From Candidatus Poribacteria bacterium (GTDB lineage: Bacteria > Poribacteria > WGA-4E > PCPOR2b), in contig OZ244587.1 in the NCBI GenBank assembly GCA_965218095.1, positions 4,704,001-4,768,000 on the forward strand: 64,000 nt of DNA, written 5' to 3'. Of this stretch, positions 59,988-64,000 are shown piece after piece; position 1 is the first letter of the stretch; the number at the start of each line of letters is the position of its first letter. The notes beneath the pieces are model-generated. The model did no database searches. It was not told the DNA's origin and saw only the letters and a list, made by a program, of their open reading frames with translations. The position numbers were made by a program, and so were the translations under genes.

Positions 59988-61463
59988 ATGAGTGCCAAGC
60001 AAACTTCAGGAGCTTTCATGACTTCGTTGATTCTTCACGGAATCGCGGCGTTCATTGCGGGTGTATATCTCGTCACCCAGACACAGCAGTTCAAAGATCT
60101 CGTTGGGGCTGAAGTCCTTCAAGCGAAGGAACCCCCCAAACCCCAGGTGCGTAAACCGGTCATCAAGCCTGTTGTCAAGCCAACGGTTCCAACCACAAGT
60201 ACCGTCGTTGTTGAGCAAGTTCAAGTTCAGCCAAGAGTAACGACGGCGGCTGTTGTTCGTCCCACCTCTCAACCGCAGACGGTGCTTGAATTCTCGAATA
60301 AAGTTGTTAAGCTCAATGCACCCATCAATCCCAATATTCCGAAGGTAGTCAACCCCAATGTTCCGGTACCGCAGGTGGTGACGCATGCTGACCTGCCTGT
60401 TTCCGATGCGCCAGGTGCATTGGCATTTTCCGCTCCCGTTGCGACAGCTCCAAGCGCTGCGCCGGCGAACATCGGTCGTGGTATTGGCGGTATCGTGCAG
60501 GTAAAGGTTGCTTTCGAGCGTCCGGCGGGGCTTGCGATGGTCGAGCATGTCGGGGCAACCCGCGACGCCTTGAGTGATGTGGTTGAGAACATCACGCTGG
60601 GTAATGTTGAAGTGCCGCCGCTGCCGCGTGGTGAACCGGGTGGTACAGTGATTGGCAAAGGTCGTGACATTCGTGGGGTGTTCCGCTTCACCCGTGTTCG
60701 TCACAACCTCTCTGACTGGTGGGCAGATTCTTCTTCGCTGAACGCCTTTACCAAGTGGCTCAATGAACGGACGAAAATCAAAACCGACATGAATGTTGAA
60801 GGCGGTGCGCTGAAGTTTAGCGACACTAACTTGCAGAAATCGCCGTTAATCTTCATGACGGGGCATGATCCGCGACATGTGAAGAGTCAACGCCTGATGA
60901 GTAGGGGTGCAGGCTCCGGCCGCCTAGACACCCGATTTACCGAGCAAGAAGCTGCCGCAATGCGGCGGTATCTGGTCGAAAGGGGTGGCTTCCTCATCTT
61001 TGACGACTGCGGCATAGACACCTCAACCCAGGCGATGCCTCGTATTTTCCTCGCTCAGATGCGATATGTGATGCCAGAGTATCAGGTTGAGCGTATTTCC
61101 AATGACCACGAAATCTACAACAATTTCTATCAGATGGGTGGACCACCGGTTGGGTTCGACATTTACTGGTGGGGTTCTAAGCCAGGTAGGCGGAATTTCC
61201 TTGAAGGTTTTTCCGTTGGTGATAAACTTTCAGTCCTGCTCGTGCGTCGTGACTATATGTGTTCAATGGAATCGGTCAGTTTGCCGACCCGTTCTGTTAA
61301 ATACTCTCCCGGCGTCTATCGTTTCATGACCAACGTTGCGGTCTACTCGCTGACACATGGCTCGATTTCAGACTACTCCCGCTATGTGCCAGAAGATCAG
61401 TTGGCCAAGCAGAATCTGCCAACCAAGGCGCCAGAAGCTGCAAAAATCGGGGCGGTTGAGTAG
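59988..61463 (+). CDS. Membrane-anchored Pro-rich-linker protein with C-terminal DUF4159-like domain
   Basis: TM SLILHG, EPPKPQVRKPVIKP, PLIFMTGH, RYLVERGGFLIFDDCG, DHEIY; GGAGG RBS; paralog of 31105-32583. Confidence 0.82.
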   Translation: MSAKQTSGAFMTSLILHGIAAFIAGVYLVTQTQQFKDLVGAEVLQAKEPPKPQVRKPVIKPVVKPTVPTTSTVVVEQVQVQPRVTTAAVVRPTSQPQTVLEFSNKVVKLNAPINPNIPKVVNPNVPVPQVVTHADLPVSDAPGALAFSAPVATAPSAAPANIGRGIGGIVQVKVAFERPAGLAMVEHVGATRDALSDVVENITLGNVEVPPLPRGEPGGTVIGKGRDIRGVFRFTRVRHNLSDWWADSSSLNAFTKWLNERTKIKTDMNVEGGALKFSDTNLQKSPLIFMTGHDPRHVKSQRLMSRGAGSGRLDTRFTEQEAAAMRRYLVERGGFLIFDDCGIDTSTQAMPRIFLAQMRYVMPEYQVERISNDHEIYNNFYQMGGPPVGFDIYWWGSKPGRRNFLEGFSVGDKLSVLLVRRDYMCSMESVSLPTRSVKYSPGVYRFMTNVAVYSLTHGSISDYSRYVPEDQLAKQNLPTKAPEAAKIGAVE

Positions 61464-61503
61464 AATCTGCTGGTTTAGACAGACTGTCACATCTATTGAG
61501 CAT

Positions 61504-61537
61504 AAAAAAAGCAGCCAACTATTTGGCTGCTTTTTTT
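61504..61537. terminator. Bidirectional intrinsic terminator
   Basis: A7-GCAGCCAA-CTAT-TTGGCTGC-T7. Confidence 0.9.
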
Positions 61538-62420
61538 ATTGGCTCATTCTTTCTTCTATTACTCTCGCTGGCGTCCCGTTTGGGTGGAATAGACTGACCT
61601 TCTTGTGGGATGGGGATATAGGTGTTGGTATCGGAACCCCTGTGCCGACTTTACTGTGGACAAAGTACAGAGGTATTCTCTAGCAGTATCGTGGCGATAA
61701 TCTTCCATGGTATAACGCATGATCAATCCCTCCAATTGATAATTTCTGAACAAATGGTTGATAATTGAACTGGTATCTGCCGGTCAATTGCGAGATTGGC
61801 TCGCGTCATAGGCGCCCTTCTCTCGCACCGCAGAAAACAGGTTCCATATTGCATTTTCTCTGCTTTGGGGATTTCGCGAAGATGGAGTTTTCTTTACAAT
61901 CCGCAATGGAAAACATTAGGTTTGTCGGGCAAAATAAACTAGAAGAAAAGGAAGAGGTCCCCTTAGCGGATCTGAAAGCGGCTCTTAATAACGACTGATA
62001 CAGTAGTTCAGTTCAGGAAAACGGAATTGAAGATTCAATGGGACACTCACCGGATCGTCCTTCAAGTTGCTTACAGTTTTACTGTCCAAGAACGCGGCGC
62101 CCCGGGGGTATGGGTCGCTTACTTCAACGCTGTCACCAGCGAATATATCTCAGCCAACTATGGATTTCCCTGCTGATGAATGTATTATTTTATCCATTTT
62201 CGCATCTATATCAAGGCAAGTCCTTGGTTGCAGAATAATTAAATCTAAGGGGGTATTATCATGTTGTCTAATAAAAAGCTTTATCTGTATATTTCCGTGA
62301 TGAGTTTTGTTTATATAGTATTATCAAATTTACGCAATACGCATTACGACAACCGGTCGGCTTATTTCTTTCAGAATACGATCGCTATTGGGATGATTGA
62401 AATCCTGGGAAACCTGGTTT

Positions 62421-63920
62421 TTAATCTTGAACGTCATCCCCGTGCATGTCGTAAGTAATCCGCGACAGCCGCAGTTCAGACTGGAACACCTGGGGTTTAT
62501 AAATGGAAGTGCCAAGAAGCATGCGCACACACTCCTGCACCCCCTCGGTGACCGCCGGATGCGGATGGAGGAGTTCCGCAAGGTCTCGGACAGAGCGGCT
62601 ATGATTAATCAAAAGTGACACGGCTTCAATGGTTGTCGAAGCATGTACGCCCAACGCCCGCATCCCAAGTATACGCATTTCATCGTCATCAGTCACCAAC
62701 AACTTCACAAACCCACCAGTTGCCCGCATGGCGATTGCACGGTTGACGAGAGAGTAACCGTAGACGGCAACCCAGTAGGAAATTCTGCGCTCCTGGGCTT
62801 GCTGTTCGTTCAATCCAATGGCAGCAACCTCTGGATCCAGAAACATGATGGTTGAGAGGTTATCATAGGATAGCGGACCCTTTGTCGCGCCGTACATACG
62901 CTCGACCGCATAGCGCCCCTCAATCTCGCCAACGCTTACGAGAGCCAGATCGAGCGTCACATCGCCGATGGCATAGATGTGCGGGACAGAGGTTTGTGTG
63001 TCCTCGCTGATGATGTGTCCGCGTCCGGTCACTTTAACGCCAGCTTTGTCCAGACCGAGCTCTTCGGTGTTGGGCGCCCGCCCGATGGAAACAAGCGCTC
63101 GCTCGACGATCGAAGTCTCACGGGCGCCTGAAGGGTGTTCGATAGTGTACTCCACCTCTCCATCTATCACCCGCATGGATATAAGCTGTGGGCGATGGTG
63201 AATGGTGACGCCCTTCGCCTCAAGATTTGTCGAGCAAAGGCCGGAGACATCCTCGTCCTCAAATGGCAGGATGCGATCCGCTCTGTCAATCAGATACACT
63301 TTTGTCTGACCAAAGTTAGCGAAGATTGTCGCAAACTCGCAGCCGACTACGCCCGCGCCGAGGATGACAAGAGACTTTGGGAAGCGCGACAGGTGCATCA
63401 GTTGGTCCGAGGTCATGATAAAACGGCCGTCAATGGGGATGGAATCGATCATCCGAGGTCTGCTTCCGGTAGCGATTACAAAGTGTTTCGCAGAAATCTT
63501 TCGTGGTTGTCCTGCCTCAGCCTCCTCGACAAGCAAGGTGTGGGGGTCAAGAAAGCGCCCGGCTCCGCGCACCACTGTTATTGCACCGGGGCAACCGAAA
63601 CGTGGCTGCGAAAGCTCAGCAAACTGCCGTCTAATCTGGGAAACCTTCTCGCCAATGGCTTTCTTGACGCAGTCCACCACATAGTCATAGCTAATCTCGA
63701 CGTTCTCTGCGATGTATCCGCGATCTCTTCGCAAGGCATTGCGATAATCCCGCGATAATTCCCACAGTGTCTTCGAGGAGAGGGCGCCATTTTGCAGGCC
63801 TGTGCCGCCAAGGGCGCCCCTCTCAACAATGCAAATCTGCGCCCCAAAATCCCATGCTCGCATAGCTGCTGCAACGCCAGCCGGACCAGCCCCAATTACA
63901 CAGACATCGAAATCTGCCAT
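62421..63920 (-). CDS. Class-I pyridine nucleotide-disulfide oxidoreductase family flavoprotein lacking the redox cysteines
   Basis: GAGPAG, ATGSRP, GAGVVGCE, T.VPHIYAIGD, HP....E; the usual CxxxxC position reads GLQNGA. Confidence 0.85.
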   Translation of the reverse strand: MADFDVCVIGAGPAGVAAAMRAWDFGAQICIVERGALGGTGLQNGALSSKTLWELSRDYRNALRRDRGYIAENVEISYDYVVDCVKKAIGEKVSQIRRQFAELSQPRFGCPGAITVVRGAGRFLDPHTLLVEEAEAGQPRKISAKHFVIATGSRPRMIDSIPIDGRFIMTSDQLMHLSRFPKSLVILGAGVVGCEFATIFANFGQTKVYLIDRADRILPFEDEDVSGLCSTNLEAKGVTIHHRPQLISMRVIDGEVEYTIEHPSGARETSIVERALVSIGRAPNTEELGLDKAGVKVTGRGHIISEDTQTSVPHIYAIGDVTLDLALVSVGEIEGRYAVERMYGATKGPLSYDNLSTIMFLDPEVAAIGLNEQQAQERRISYWVAVYGYSLVNRAIAMRATGGFVKLLVTDDDEMRILGMRALGVHASTTIEAVSLLINHSRSVRDLAELLHPHPAVTEGVQECVRMLLGTSIYKPQVFQSELRLSRITYDMHGDDVQD

Positions 63921-64000
63921 GTATCCTCCTTACTCAAGTTTCAAGACTGAAATTAAATCAAAAGCATGGCAATATCCGAAAATTCGACCGCCATGGCATA

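Noticed and set aside
61559-62420. Several short ORFs in an AT-richer spacer
   Set aside because: Fragments such as YQLEGLIMRYTMEDY and DLKAALNND may be gene remnants but are too short to assign.

Overview
Bacterial chromosomal window, about 53-55% GC by eye. It is most likely from Candidatus Poribacteria or a close relative. This is an inference from a decayed VEPxGKxxTTWG C-terminal motif, four PhyH dioxygenases, many BNR/beta-propeller hydrolases, large TPR proteins, two Pro-linker/DUF4159 proteins and a Uma2 remnant. The first ~37 kb is almost all minus-strand accessory catabolism: glycoside-hydrolase-like proteins, four near-identical sialidase-like paralogs, nitrilase/isochorismatase/PhyH, and BKACE plus a Zn-dehydrogenase. 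It is interrupted by IS982 and IS5 elements, MITEs and REP-like palindromes. 37-50 kb is a plus-strand housekeeping block (argG, leuS, HIT, RNase J, pdxA, a large TPR protein). 50-64 kb is mixed accessory genes and gene remnants. The main signals not in the ORF track are: a complete Leu-leader-peptide transcription attenuator before leuS; a solitary integron attC site with a decayed cassette, directly upstream of one sialidase-like paralog; the 5' end of a probable group II intron at the left edge; mosaic loop variation among the four paralogs; and a 16-nt duplication that puts an IS5 transposase in frame. I saw no rRNA, tRNA or CRISPR array. All family assignments come from motif recognition by eye, not database searches.
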